The notes under the pieces were generated by a model. The model saw only the letters and a program-made list of their open reading frames with translations, was not told the origin of the DNA and ran no database searches. A stretch of 64,000 nt of DNA from Amoebidium appalachense (Eukaryota > Protista > Ichthyosporea): NCBI GenBank assembly GCA_963693365.1, contig CAVNZM010000007.1:2589979-2653978 (forward strand), given 5' to 3'. The translations under genes were made by a program, and so were the position numbers. Positions 1-16,458 of this stretch are shown one piece after another (the first letter of the stretch is position 1; every line of letters starts with the position of its first letter).

Positions 1-3000
1 CGCCTTACTCCACGGTCCAAGTAGCCGACAAGGGTGCATGTGCAGTGCTTGGGGTGGGCGACGTGTTCTTTTCCAGCACCATCGACGGCGTTACTGCGGT
101 GCATCAGCTGACGGATGTACTCTACGTGCCCTCCATCCCCGACACTCTCATCAGTGTGTTCACGGCAACTACCAACGGTGTTTTACCCCGCTTTGACACC
201 CGCGGCGGCGTTAAGTTGTGCTACGGCGATCAAATTCTGGCCACCGGCTCGGCTGTCGGCACCAAGCTGTACCACATGGCGGTGTCTCTTCTGCGCGCGG
301 ACACAACCCCGGACGCCCAAACCACCACTGCTCCGCGTATCCTCAAGGTTACTGCCGACCTCAACACGTGGCACTACCGTCTGGGCCATGCTGGCATTGA
401 CGCTGTACGCTCGGTCATCAAGTCTGCAGGCCTGTTGGTGGGTGGCGGTGCCAAGTCTCCGGGTGTGTGTGAGCCCTGTGCCCTCGGCAAAGCCCACCGT
501 GTTGCCTTCTCCGAATCAACTAGCCAAGCTCCCCGGGTCCTAGCCAAGGTTCACAGCGACATCAGCGGCCCCTTCCCTCCCGCGATCGGTGGTGCTCAGT
601 ACTTGGCGACGTTCCACGACGAATTCACCGGCCACACCACGGCCGTGCCCCTCGTCAAGAAGTCGGACACACTGGCTGCATATGTGACGTACCACAAGGC
701 GGCGGTTACCCAACACGGTGTTCCCATGCAGGTGTTTCAGTCCGACGGGGGGGGCGAGTACATGGGCACGGCCTTCGGGGACTACAACCGTGAGCATGGC
801 ATTCGCCATCAGATCACTACCACCGGCTCTCCTCAACAGAATGGGACTGCCGAACGACTGAACCGGACCCTCCTCGACATGGTTCGGGCACTCCTGCAGC
901 AGTCCGGCCTTCCGGTGGGATTCTGGGCCGAGGCAGCTGTGACCGCGGCTTTTATACGCAACATGCTCCCGTCGCGAGCCACCGGCAGCCAATCGTCTCC
1001 CGCTCTGCTGTGGACCGGCATTCCTCCCGACTACAGCCGGCTCCGTGTCTGGGGCTCTCCCTGCTACGTCCATCAACAGGATACACCGAAACTGGCGCCT
1101 CGTGCCGTCAAGGGCGTCTTCGTGGGCTACCCTCCTAACATCAAGGGCTACAAGGTCTGGATTCCAGCAGCACACAAGATGACCGTCAGCCGTGACGTGC
1201 AGTTCGACGAGGCTGCTATTCTGCACCCCCTCCGTGATGTCCCATCTGATTGGTCGACCGCACCGGCAATTCATCATTTTTTGGAGTCATCTGATTCGTC
1301 AAATCAGCCAGCCAATCACATCGTCCGGAATGATCAGCAATCTGATTCGTCTCGTCTGTCAGCCAATGGGACAGCGCCGAGTGATCAATTGGACATTCCG
1401 ATCCTGCCCGAGCCTGCACATCGGCTCCCCCGGACGACCCGTAGTGGCGCTGTGTACAACGACCAACGTCGAGGCCCGACTGCCAACGTGGCTGCTGCTA
1501 CGGCCCCCCTTGCCCCCCAGGCTACGGCTCCTGCATCAACACCCATCAAGGCTTCCACCATTGTTGTCCCCAAGACTGTCCGGGCTGCACTCAAGAGTCC
1601 CCAGCGTCTGAAATGGGAGGAGGCTGCACACCGTGAGCTCAAGGCCCTGGAAGACAACGGCACCTTCACCCTTGTGCCCCGTCCAGAGGATGGCTCCACT
1701 GTCATTCCGGTCGGCTGGGTCTTTACGGTCAAGCAGGACAACGTCGGCAACGTCACTGCTTTCAAGGCCCGGCTTGTGGCCCGGGGCAACTACCAGCAGC
1801 CTGGCCAGGACTATTTCGTCACCGAGTCACCTGTGGCTGCGCTGGCTACCATCCGGCTGGTTTTGGCTACCTCCGTGGCCCAAGGTCTGCCTCTGCGCCA
1901 CATCGACGTCAACACAGCATTCCTCAACGGCACCGTCAACGAGACCATCTACATTGAGCAGCCCCCTGGCTTCGTCAACCCCTCGGCCCCCCATGCTGTC
2001 GGCTTGCTCCACAAGGCGCTCTACGGCCTAAAACAGGCACCGCGCCAGTGGTATGAGGCCCTCCGTGACCATCTCCTCGACCAAGGCTTCATTGTGAGTG
2101 CTGCTGACCCGTGCCTGTTCATCAAGAATGCCGGGACCCCAACATTTATTGCCCTTGCTGCCTACGTGGATGACTTCACCGTGACGGCCGCCACTGATGC
2201 GCTCATCGACGATTTTTTCACCAAGCTGGATGCTCGTTTCTCTGCCAAGGACCTGGGTCGTCCTACCCTGCTCATCGGGCACACTCTTACCTGGCTGGAG
2301 GACGGGTCTCTGCGTCTGGGCCATCGTCAACACATCATCGACTTGGCTGCCCGTTTTCGTCTCACCCACATGTCCGGCACCAAGACCCCCATCGTCCCGG
2401 GCCAGGCCAGTGAAAGCAACAAGACCCCAGCCTACAGCAAGAAGGAGGACTATGCCAGCCTGGTCGGTGCCCTGCTGTGGATTGCGCGTACCACCCGCCC
2501 CGACATTTCCCAGGCTCTGGGAGTCCTTACTCGACACATTCATGCGCCCACCGTCACCCACTGGACTATGGCTACCAGAGTTGTAAGCTACCTGCTGGCC
2601 ACCATCGACCTGGGTATTGTCTACCGTCCCGGCCCCCCCAACCTTGTTGGCTACTCCGACTCCGACTACGCCGAGGACCGCGACACCCGGCGCTCCACCA
2701 CGGGCTATGTCTTCTTCATAAACTCCTCCCCTGTGTCCTGGGTGTCTCGGCTCCAGTCCATCACCACCCACAGCTCCACTGAGGCTGAATTTGTGGCCAT
2801 GTCTGCTGCTACGAACGAGGCCCTATGGCTCAACTATGTGATGGACGACCTGGGCCTTAATCCTATCAATGAGCCCACCCCGGTGCCCATCCATGGGGAC
2901 AATGAGTCTGCCCGGGCCCTGCTGGACACCCTGGGGGTTAAGCCCAAGACCAAGCACATCGACGTCCGCTACTGCTCCGTCAAGGAACATCACCTGCTGG

Positions 3001-3113
3001 GCAACATCACTGTGGTCCCGGTGGCTTCTGCTGACAACAAGGCCGACATGTTCACCAAGGCCCTGTCTGCCTCTTTCTTCACCAAGGCCGTGGGGATGCT
3101 CAACATGTGCTGA
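1..3113 (+). mobile_element. Ty1/copia LTR retrotransposon pol (GAG-pre-integrase, integrase, RT, RNase H); 5' part lies outside the window
   Basis: Uninterrupted 1022-aa ORF (45-3113) in copia order INT-RT-RH. Motifs: WHYRLGH...CEPC (HHCC), HSDISGP, FQSDGGGEY, QQNGTAERLNRTL, KARLVARG, IDVNTAFLNG, LYGLKQAPRQW, YVDD, YSDSDYA, TEAEF, KHIDVRY, ADMFTKAL. Confidence 0.97.
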
Positions 3114-3148
3114 GCACCCGTCATCAACCAACTGCGCCCTCATACTTC

Positions 3149-3377
3149 AGGGGGGGGGAGAGAGTTGCATCCGACTGTGCAACTACGTGTACCATACTAA
3201 AATTGAGTAGGGGAATCTTTATTGTCTGTATTTTGTGCACCTGAAGCACTCGAGCTCAGTTGCATTAATTCATACCACAATTATCCAATTGAGTAGGGGT
3301 GTTGGAGTACACTGGTACTCCCGGCTAGCAATGTCTGTTAGAGAAAGTTTCTGAGCAATTGAATAACTGTTTCAACA
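3149..3377 (+). mobile_element. Polypurine tract and putative 3' LTR of the copia element (LTR boundaries uncertain)
   Basis: AGGGGGGGGGAGAGAG at 3149-3164, 35 nt after the pol stop. It is followed by AGTTG (TGTTG-like), with a candidate TCAACA end at 3372-3377. The 5' LTR is not in the window to confirm this. Confidence 0.5.
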
Positions 3378-5376
3378 CTCACTCGAGTGCATAGAGCTTT
3401 TGTTTACGGTCATATTCATATATGGTAGTTATATGTTTGAGCCAAAACTGTACCAATGACGAGCTTCACTAGCAACGTGCTAATTGTGCTCATTAATTAA
3501 TATTCCCGGTTCAGATGATGTCATGTCTATATTTGCCACAGGATTCTATTCTTAGAGTGGTAGTGTGCTTTATTCCCGGATATTCTCAGAATATTTTTAG
3601 TTGTGTGAAGCAAGATTTACGTTTAACTGCAATTGGTGTGTTAAACACGTTTATTTGTGTGCTTTAGTGCAAGTTAACTAGCCACTCAACGTGCACAGTT
3701 AACTTTTATATCTTTAACGACTTGTTTTCATTGTGCTCTCTTTTCGGCCATGCTGTACATGGCCCACCACCAGGGTGCACACGAGGCCACCATGAGGTGG
3801 CCAACGACTATATAAAGCAGTGCCTCCCATGTCACAAACATGGGAAGCAGAACGTTTGATTTACACTTTTCTACTGTCGTTTCCAGTGCACAAAACACAT
3901 AGACTAGTTACCCATCATACACGACACTATGTCTGACAACTTACAGTTGCAGCAACTAGTCCAACTACTGGAGCAGAGGTTGGCCTCACAAGATGCAATC
4001 ATTTCTGACTTACAGAAGGAACAACGTGCACTAGAACTAGCTTCTATGAACACAATGTCCAACATATTTCTGTTCAAGAACATATCTACAGTGGTTCTCA
4101 TGAGCAATATCGAACCTCGACGACTGTCCAGGGCTTGCAATTTTGCAATATTAATTTGTTAAAACGCGTATTTTGAGTTTTGTGACTGGCGAGGCGTTTT
4201 CAGCTGGGCTTGCAGATCCCCAAGAACCCCTCCGTTACGATTAAGAAACTGTCCGTTACCATTGGCCAAAGGACAATACGGTTAAGCTGGCCAACCCCAG
4301 CCAACCCTGATCGCGAATGTAGCCGCCAGCGCGGGAGGCACGGGTAGGCTTTGCCCTTCAAAGTTTCGGGTGAGTTCAGTCTAACAACCACTGATCTCCA
4401 CGAAGGGATGCCATGCAACCCTAAAAGAACAACTATTTTTGGAGGGAATGCCTACGCGAAACGCAAGCATACTGTGTGATATCATAGCAAAAACAAAGTG
4501 CAAGCTTTGCAAAGTTTGTTACTTACAAACTGCCATGATCCATCTATCTGCCTCTGCCAGATCTATTCAGACTATTTCATGCGAAGCCGGCCAATGATTG
4601 GATGAATCGATGGTTGTCAGTGTCACATAAGTTATTCGGCGCGCATTGGAACGCTAGCTGAACCAATCAGCTGTGGTTGTGGTACCCACATAGCATTCCA
4701 GGAGATAAATAGCGAACCAAAGGTGGTCATAAAAGTATCAGGCTTATAAAGTATAAGTGTATGGGGTAATGGTATTGATATCTAAATTCGAATGTACGAT
4801 TGTAAAAGTATCAAGAAATACCCAGTTCCTGATACTGACACAGATTCTTAGAGGGAGCTTAGGCACATACCTTGAAGAGTGTCGGGCCAGTACTGAGTAC
4901 AAGCTGAACTCAGTCTACCTGTACAGTACTGTACATAGCACACCTACAGTGCCCGCACACCCACTCAGTTATTCAATTAGCTAGATTGAAAAACGAAAAA
5001 GCAAAACAATATTAATAACTATTAAAAACCTGCAATATATAGACACTCATTTGGCACGTTCCCTTCCCCCATTTCATTGGCAAAGGTCCAACACTTCAAC
5101 TGAAAGAAACCAACCCCAACATGTTTAGGGGCACAGGGCACAAAAGACGAAATCACACTAAACGATCATCTATTGTAGGGCTTGTTGGCCTGCACAATCA
5201 TTCCGATTAAACTCCTGTGTGGTACTCGCTGAAATATTCTCCGTGAGTATTGGGAAAAGTTTTCATAATTCTACCCCAGTCCTCTTGGTGCTTCCAAGCA
5301 GAATAGTTATAGTAAGTAGATCATTGCCACGTTCTTTAAAGAACCAGAAAATCCCAAGCGAGTAAGGACTTAAACT

Positions 5377-8805
<3,429 letters not shown>

Positions 8806-9873
8806 AATGTCGACAATTTGCGACGTATACGTAGACGGCGGTGTGTGTGTGATTAATAGTGTTGATGTGTTAATCAGTGTTGATATGTTTTCTGGCGCCT
8901 ACTAGTTGCCTGCTATTTTTGGCTTACTAACTAATAGATGGTGTTACTATAGTTTTTTGGCGTCTAGTGGTGTGAATAGTTTGAGGCAGTTGTTTTTGCA
9001 CGTGTATTAGTGTGCTCTCATGTTTAGACGTGCTCGTCAAAGCGGTTTACCTAGGCGACAGATTGAGGAAGTATAGAAGTTGCGCTACTATAGTTTGTCA
9101 TGTGTTGCGATAGTGGTTCTCTACATCATAATGTAATATAGCCTAAGGGTGTACTCCGGCATAAATTGCCGCATATCCCGTACATAATCAAGATATATCT
9201 ATGATATCAATGGTGAACATACGCATAGTATCGGGCCGCACCACGTGCGTGTGCTAGTGCTGCTTTTTCTTTTTTTTTTCTTTTTGTTTTCGCGGATGTG
9301 GCCGATAATATATTCCTACTTTTTTATATAGTTTTAGTCTGGCCCGAGGGCAACAAGTAGTTCGAGTAAGGGTTTAGAGCACGGCAATTAGTTATCGGTA
9401 CTTCGAGGTATAATAGTTTTTGAGTGTCGGACTTTTTAGTGCAGTATACTAAAATATACTGTGACTTGTCAGACACATGTACACGCACATAATAATGGCA
9501 TCACATATCCAATAATTCTGTATATTATTAATAGGTGGATAGCGGCATTAGCCGTTTATACCGTGCAGAGTGCTAACAGTAGGATTCCCTAGGTGTGTGG
9601 GCCAGAGAGGGCAGTAATCTGCAATTAGCAACATGCTGCATAAATTCGATGCCGATTTCAAACAGGATGAAAAAAAAATAAGACGTATGATACACATACC
9701 CCCCCCCCCCCCCCCCCCCCCCCTTTGGGTACCTCATCAATGATCACTAATTGTTAGCTAGTAAGACCTTCAATCCTTCTCTGTCAACTAATAGGGTGCA
9801 TAAATTTCGGCCGGCTCACGTGCCTTGATCAGAGGGCACGGTTACGATATGCGAGCAGCAAGCAACGGGCAAA

Positions 9874-9912
<39 letters not shown>

Positions 9913-10194
9913 TGTATGCATAAGAGAGGAGACATCAAAGGACAAACTACAAAACCGGGGGGAGGAGGGTGGGAATCCATGGGATTTGTGTTGCACAAGT
10001 GTTAGGTGGTTGGAAGAAAGAGAAATTCAACTGATGAAACACACGGTCATGCATATGATCACCGGGCACATGTCAGGACACCGTCCCTAGCAACCCAACA
10101 CGTATGTATGTGCATGTGTGGAGTCCGTATTACGGTACGTGTGTGTGTGTGTGTGTGTGTGAGCACACCCCTCTCTCTCTCGAGCTCTGTGTGT

Positions 10195-10225
<31 letters not shown>

Positions 10226-10247
10226 GGGGGGGGGGGAAGGGGGGGGG

Positions 10248-10384
10248 TTTGAATGCGGAACACGGTACGAAGTACGCATACACGACGAGAAGCATGGTGC
10301 AGGACACATGCAAAGGCATAACATTCAAGTATGCAACATCAGCCATGTGCACAGTATGCGTCATAAGCAGAGCCCATCCTCAGG
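10248..10384 (-). repeat. Dispersed ~135-bp repeat family A (full copy; others at 62986-63120 +, 35383-35490 +, partial 10801-10880, 14272-14300, 14558-14586)
   Basis: The reverse complement aligns by eye to 62986-63120 with about 9 differences in about 135 nt. Copies are bordered by G/C homopolymers. Confidence 0.85.
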
Positions 10385-10761
10385 GAGGACCCAAGGGGGG
10401 AGGGGGAGGGGGGGGGGGGTGTTTGGGGTGGGGGGGGGGATGGGGGGTGGGAATGGAGGAGGGGGAATGGTTCAGAAGCCATGTTTGGTGTCTTTTTCAC
10501 CTGTTCACCATCCAAATCACGAATTCCATCCAGAAAACCAGTTTCTGGTATCCTTTCATTCCTAGCAGAGGGAGATATTTTCTAGACCCCAGCCCCCTTC
10601 AGCAACAATGCTCCTTCAAGCCAAACTGTTACACGCTTTGCTTTAATACTCAACATCCGATTCAGACGGCCATCTTCAAAGAATCCGAAACCTTGCAAGC
10701 CATCGAAAGAACATGTTTTCAGCGGCCCCCCCGGGATCGGTGGGTGGTGTGGTGTGTGTGT

Positions 10762-10792
<31 letters not shown>

Positions 10793-11239
10793 GGGGGGGG
10801 TTTGAATGCGGAACACGGTACGAAGTACGCATACACGACGAGAAGCATGGTGCAGGACACATGCAAAGGCAAACATTCAGGGGGGGGGGGGGGGGGGGTT
10901 AAGCTAGAACGCCAAGTTACAGAGTGTTACGTACACACGACCAACTGCAGAAGGGGGGGGGGGGGGGGGGGGGGGGGGAGGGGGGGATTATCAGAGATGG
11001 TTCATGCATCAATTTCGTAGTGCCAAAAGAGGAAAAACACCAAAAAAGGACAAGCGAACAGTAGCTTAACACCCCTGCAGCCTGCCACGATGCCCAAATG
11101 CTTACGAGGCCAAAAGTTTCCCAGACTATGTAGAGTTAAACAGGTGATTATATTTCCACTATGCAATCTTCTGGCAAAACCGTCGTTTAGACGACCTGAC
11201 ATATACTAGTTGGCGGGCTGATGTGATTGGCTTTCAAGC

Positions 11240-11300
11240 TTACTCCGGTTTCGGCATTGTGAACATGGAGGGCTCCTCCACTCCTCTCTTTGGCGCAACG

Positions 11301-11390
<90 letters not shown>

Positions 11391-11466
11391 GCCTGTGCGT
11401 GTCGTATGCTCACAAGTGTTTGTGTGCGTACGTATGGGTATGGGCGGAGGATAAGGGGGGGAGAAA

Positions 11467-11498
<32 letters not shown>

Positions 11499-12118
11499 CT
11501 CGGTCAGAATGTGGTTCACAGCAAGTTGTTCAAACACAAGAAAATTCACAAAATTGCAATACGGGAAGCAACATTCAAAATACGGGGAACAACATATAAA
11601 ATACGGGGAACAACATACAAAATACGAGGAAAAACATACAAAATGCGGGAACCAACATACAAAATACGAGGAACAACATACAAAATGCCGGAAACAACAT
11701 ATAAAACACGAGGAACAACATACAAAATATGGGGGAAAACACAGGAAAGCAATCATCCAGCAGTCAGCATCAAACCAGAGCATCGCTGCAGGGAGGTGCC
11801 CGAGGGGCCGAAGGGAGGGGGGGAGAGGGGGGGTGGGGGGGAGGGGGGGAGAGAGAGAGAGAGAGAGAGGGGAGGAAGTGAGGTGGAGAACATCAAGCAT
11901 GCAACATGAAGAAGGCAACAGAATGTTAGAAAGAAAGCTAAGTCACAACGCCTTAGCCTAAGCGAGCATTTATGGAAAACCGCATACACACCCGCCCGCC
12001 CGCCCACTCGCCCGCCTGCCTGCCTGCCCGCAGCACACACCCATGCATGTACACACACACACACCGCCACCCAGACCCACACAGACAGTGAGAATGGGGG
12101 GGGGGGGGGGGGGGGGGG

Positions 12119-12203
<85 letters not shown>

Positions 12204-12204
12204 C

Positions 12205-12278
<74 letters not shown>

Positions 12279-12477
12279 AGGGGCACACACAGAGATATTA
12301 CGCACCAAACAAGTGCTGCACCAGTGGCCTGGTGATCATACTGGCCACCACGTAGATGAACAGATAGTTGCACTCCGTGTAATCCTCCCCACTCAGACCA
12401 CGGTGGCTCATTCCTTGAATGAACCCAAATGGAACAAACGGGAGCTTGCCCATCACAAGACCCTCGAACCTATGTGT

Positions 12478-12508
<31 letters not shown>

Positions 12509-12564
12509 GGGGGGGGGGGGAGGGGAGGGGAGAGTCAGCCACTGATTGAGCATGTGTGTGTGTG

Positions 12565-12596
<32 letters not shown>

Positions 12597-14356
12597 TGTG
12601 CGCGCGCACGTGTTGTGTGTGTGTGTATGTGTGCGCGCACACAAGCATATGTGTTATAGGGTAAAAGCAACCCATGATCACGTCTGTGCACTTGTGGGCA
12701 TGTGGGTGTATACACGAGTGGGTGTGCATGCATGTGTGTGTCTGTGTGTGAGTTAGTTTGGTAGATGTGTGAGTGGGCGAGTGTATGTGTACACATGTGT
12801 GTGATTGTGTGTGTGGGGGGGGGGGGGGGGGGGAGGGGGGGGGAGGGTTTAGGTGTGTGGGTGAATGGGTGGGGAAAAAGGTAAATATCTGCCTTTAAAA
12901 AGTTCCTTCTGCTTTTTTCTTTGTGTGTGTGTGTGTGTGTGTGTGTGCATGTTTGTGTGTGCATCTGCATGTGTGTGTTGGTGCGTGCCCGTGTACGTGC
13001 GGATGTGCAACACATGCATGTACAGGTGATATCTAAAACAGAGCCCATCATGCACCCTCGGCGGCAGGAGGGCACCGCAGTGGGGGGAAAGGGGAGGGGG
13101 GGAAGGGAACGTGGGGGATGGGGATGGGGGAAGGGGGAAGGAGGGCCGGGGGGATGGGTATACATACACATTCGAGAAAGCGCCAAGCACAGACAGGAAC
13201 ACAAAAGCGCTTGCAATCTGGGAGCCAATCTTCTCCTTCTGCAGGTCCACACCCATGGCCTTGTACGTGTTCTCCAGCCCCTCCACTATCTTCTCCCTCT
13301 TCCTTGCATCCATCTTGGCTTTGCCTTCAAGTTGCGCCTTTTCACGTTCCACTGTGGGGAAGAGGGGGGATTGAGAGGAGGGGAGGGGGGGGGGGGGGGG
13401 GGGGGGAGGGAAAGGGAAGGATGGGAAAGCGGGGGGTGGGGAGAGGGGAAGAGGGGAGGGTGGGGGGGGTTGGGGGGAGGGACAGGGGAAGGGGGGAGGG
13501 CGGAGGGTTGGGGGGAGAGGTTGAAGGCGGGGGGAGGGGGGGGGGGGGGGAGGGAGGGAGGGGAGGTGCAGAGGATTAGATGTCTTGGAGGAGTAAATTA
13601 CCCCCCCCCCCCCCCCCCCCCGACCTTTCTTATATAACCCCCCCCCCCCCCTTCCCAAACCGCTCCCTTTCTCTCTCCCCCCACCTCCTCCCCCCTCCTA
13701 CCCCACTTTGGCCTCCCCGCCCTTCACACTCACAGTGAAAGACACGCCTACATACTACACACACACACCCCTCAAAAATTAAGGGGGGAGGGGGGGATGC
13801 ATTATGATACACGGGAGGAAGCACAAATTTACAACTAGTGTAGGAATGTGGATACCCAAAAAGGGAACAAAAAGAAAGTTGTGTGTGTGTGTGCACGCGC
13901 GCATGTGTGCAGGGGAAACGGGAGTGGGGCAGAGGGGTGGAGGACGCAAGGGGGGGAGGGGGGAGAGGAGTGGGGGAACAAGGAAACGAAGGAGAAGTTG
14001 CTTGGAGCAGAGAAAACGTTAATAAAACCTGAGTAAAGCAAAACCTAGAAGGAGCACCGAGCAAGGAATGGAGAGTGTCACATTGTGGCCTCCCCCCCCC
14101 CCCCCCCCCCCCCCCCCCACACACACACACCAAAAAAAAAAAAAAAAGGGGATAAGCATGGTGTGTCTGTGTTGTGTTTGTGTGTGTGTGTACAGGTGTG
14201 GAGAAGGGTATCATGGGATGCCACCGGGAAAAGGCATCGAGGGGGAGGAAGGGGGGGGGGGGGGGGGGGGGTTGAATGCATCACAGAGTACGAAGTGCAC
14301 ACTCACGACCGAGAACCATATTGCAGATGGGCCCAGGGGTGCTCACATGGGTGTTA

Positions 14357-14407
<51 letters not shown>

Positions 14408-15626
14408 GTGGGTGCGTGGGTGCGTGTACACATGCATACGTGTGAGTGTGAGTGTGAGTAGGTGAGTGAGTGAGTGTGTGAGTGTGTGCGCGTGTGCGCG
14501 CGTGCATGTGTGCGTGTCAATGTGTGTGGGTATGTGTTCTCCGAGGGGGAGAGGGGGTTTGAATGCGTCATAAAGTACGAAGTACAGGGGGGGGGGGGGG
14601 GGGGTTCTACTCTTCTCCCTGTGCCTCTCCATCTGGGCCACGATGCTCTTGTACGATTCTTTCCTGTACAGCAGATAATAGTTGACCACTGAGGGGAAAA
14701 ACATAAAACAACTGTCAGCAACTCAACGCACAGCAAAAAGGCTATAACAGTGACCTCAAGGACCCCCACCCCCCATCCCCCACCTCCCCCACAAACACAC
14801 TCTCCCCAACACGCCCCCCATCCCCCCCCCCCCCCCCCAAAAAAAGGGGGGGGGGGGGGGGGAAATAGGGGGAGGGTGGGGTGGAGGGGGGAGGGGAGGG
14901 GAAGAGGTGTTCCCGGGCAACCCTATGATCTCTTGGGGTTTTAGTTTCCACTACAGCCACAGTTCTCATCACCGACCATTTGGTCATCTTGGAATTTATT
15001 CGACACAAAAAACACCCTCGACCCAACCCACGCAACGACCTTTCACTCCCACTATGCTCCGGCAGTGCAAAATTTGCTATACTCTCTGCAAGCAGTCTTC
15101 TCCCCCTGTACCCTCCCCCCCCCCCCCCCCCCCTCTCCCCCAATTCCATCTCCAATACCCCTCTCCTAAACCATCTTCCTTCATCTCCCCAGCTCTTCCA
15201 TGTCACTCTACCCACACACACTCTCTCTCTTCCTTCCCGTTGATAGTGATCAACATTTTTCCCCTCTTTGCACACGTGCCCACATCTCTCCCCTCCTGAG
15301 CTCCACTCTCCCTTCCCACCCCCCAAACAAATTCTCCTCTTGGTTCAGCTCTATCGAGTCCACCTCCACAACACTTGATCTCTCGCCTATTTGCCCTGCC
15401 CTCTCCCTCCCTACTTCATCACCCCCCCCCCCCCCCCCCCAAAAAAAAAAAAGAAAAAAATAAAACAAAAAACGCCGCTCCCACACACATCACCGCCTCC
15501 CCACCTGTCTCTCTCCCCTTTACCCACACCACGGCCCAAAAGTAACATCAAATATCTTTCTTCAGCAAGCAAGGGGATGAAAAAACGCAAAGACGAACAG
15601 CCGTTGAGAGATGGAAGGAACCAAAT

Positions 15627-15688
<62 letters not shown>

Positions 15689-15903
15689 GTGTTGTGTGTG
15701 TGTGTGTGGGCGCACACACGTGTAAGTGTGTGTGCATGTGTGTTGGTGTGCGGGAGGGAGGGGGAGACGCAGAAGCAAGGGGGGCGGAGGGCGGGGCAGA
15801 GAGAGAGAGATACAGGCAGGAGCGAGAGAGAGAGGGAGGGAGGGAGAGAGAGAGATAGATAGAGAGAGCTCACTGAGAGAGAGAGAGGGGGGGGGGGGGG
15901 AGG

Positions 15904-15961
<58 letters not shown>

Positions 15962-16458
15962 AGAGAAAAAAAGAGAGAGAGGCGGAGAGAGAGAGAGAGA
16001 GAGAGCGAGAGGAGAGAGAGAAAGCGAGAGCGAGAGAGCAAGAGTGCAAGAGAAGGAAAAGAGGAAGAAATAAGAGTGGGGGAGGGCAGGGGGGGGAGAG
16101 GAAAGAGTAAAAAACGGGGTCAGATGGGCGGGAAGGGGGGAGGGGGGGGGGCCGGGGGCGCAGGGAACGAGAGAGAGGGGGAGGGAGGGGGCGAGAGAGA
16201 GCTCTCTCTCTCTCTGTGTGTGTGTGGTGTTGGTGGTGGTGGTGGGGGGGGGGGAGGGGGGGAGAGGGGGGGTGAGGGGAGGGAGGGGGGGGGGGGGGGG
16301 GGGGGGGGAGGTGGGGGTGTGGGAATCTTCTGACCTTCGGTGAGCATGGACACAGCAAGGGTGATAAGAGACATAATTATCGACCGCATGTAGATGGGCT
16401 GGGGCTCCATAGCGGCCCGCAACGGGTGCAGAAACGGCTCAATTACCCACCCAAACAT
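11240..16458 (-). CDS. TMCO1: TMCO1 (ER Oxa1-superfamily insertase / Ca2+ load-activated channel), ~203 aa, 5 exons
   Basis: Exons 16458-16335, 14688-14611, 13351-13168, 12469-12306, 11301-11240, phases consistent. Translation includes MLTEVVNYYLLYRKESYK, a coiled coil, FEGLVMGKLPFVPFGFIQGMSHRGLSGEDYTECNYLFIY and GVAPKR, collinear with the TMCO1 family. The last acceptor reads CG rather than AG. Confidence 0.9.
11577..11740. repeat. 21-bp minisatellite, about 8 copies, in TMCO1 intron 4
   Basis: Unit approximately AAAATACGRGGAACAACATAY, contiguous. Confidence 0.85.

Noticed and set aside
115-3210. Overlapping and antisense ORFs within copia pol
   Set aside because: Shadow ORFs caused by high GC at third codon positions; no recognisable motifs.
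4319-4360. HDV-ribozyme-like GCCTCCCGCGCTGGC core on the minus strand
   Set aside because: P1, P1.1 and P2 pairings could not be completed by eye; an Infernal/RNArobo search would settle it.
14930-15100. Unique-sequence island in TMCO1 intron 1 with an HLGIY word, possibly a LINE remnant (similar island at 10470-10730)
   Set aside because: Too little motif support without a BLASTX search.
15330-15396. Possible extra TMCO1 exon (QIGERSSVVEVDSIELNQEEN)
   Set aside because: Purine-rich acceptor context, it would break the phase, and exons 1 and 2 already join into a family-collinear protein.
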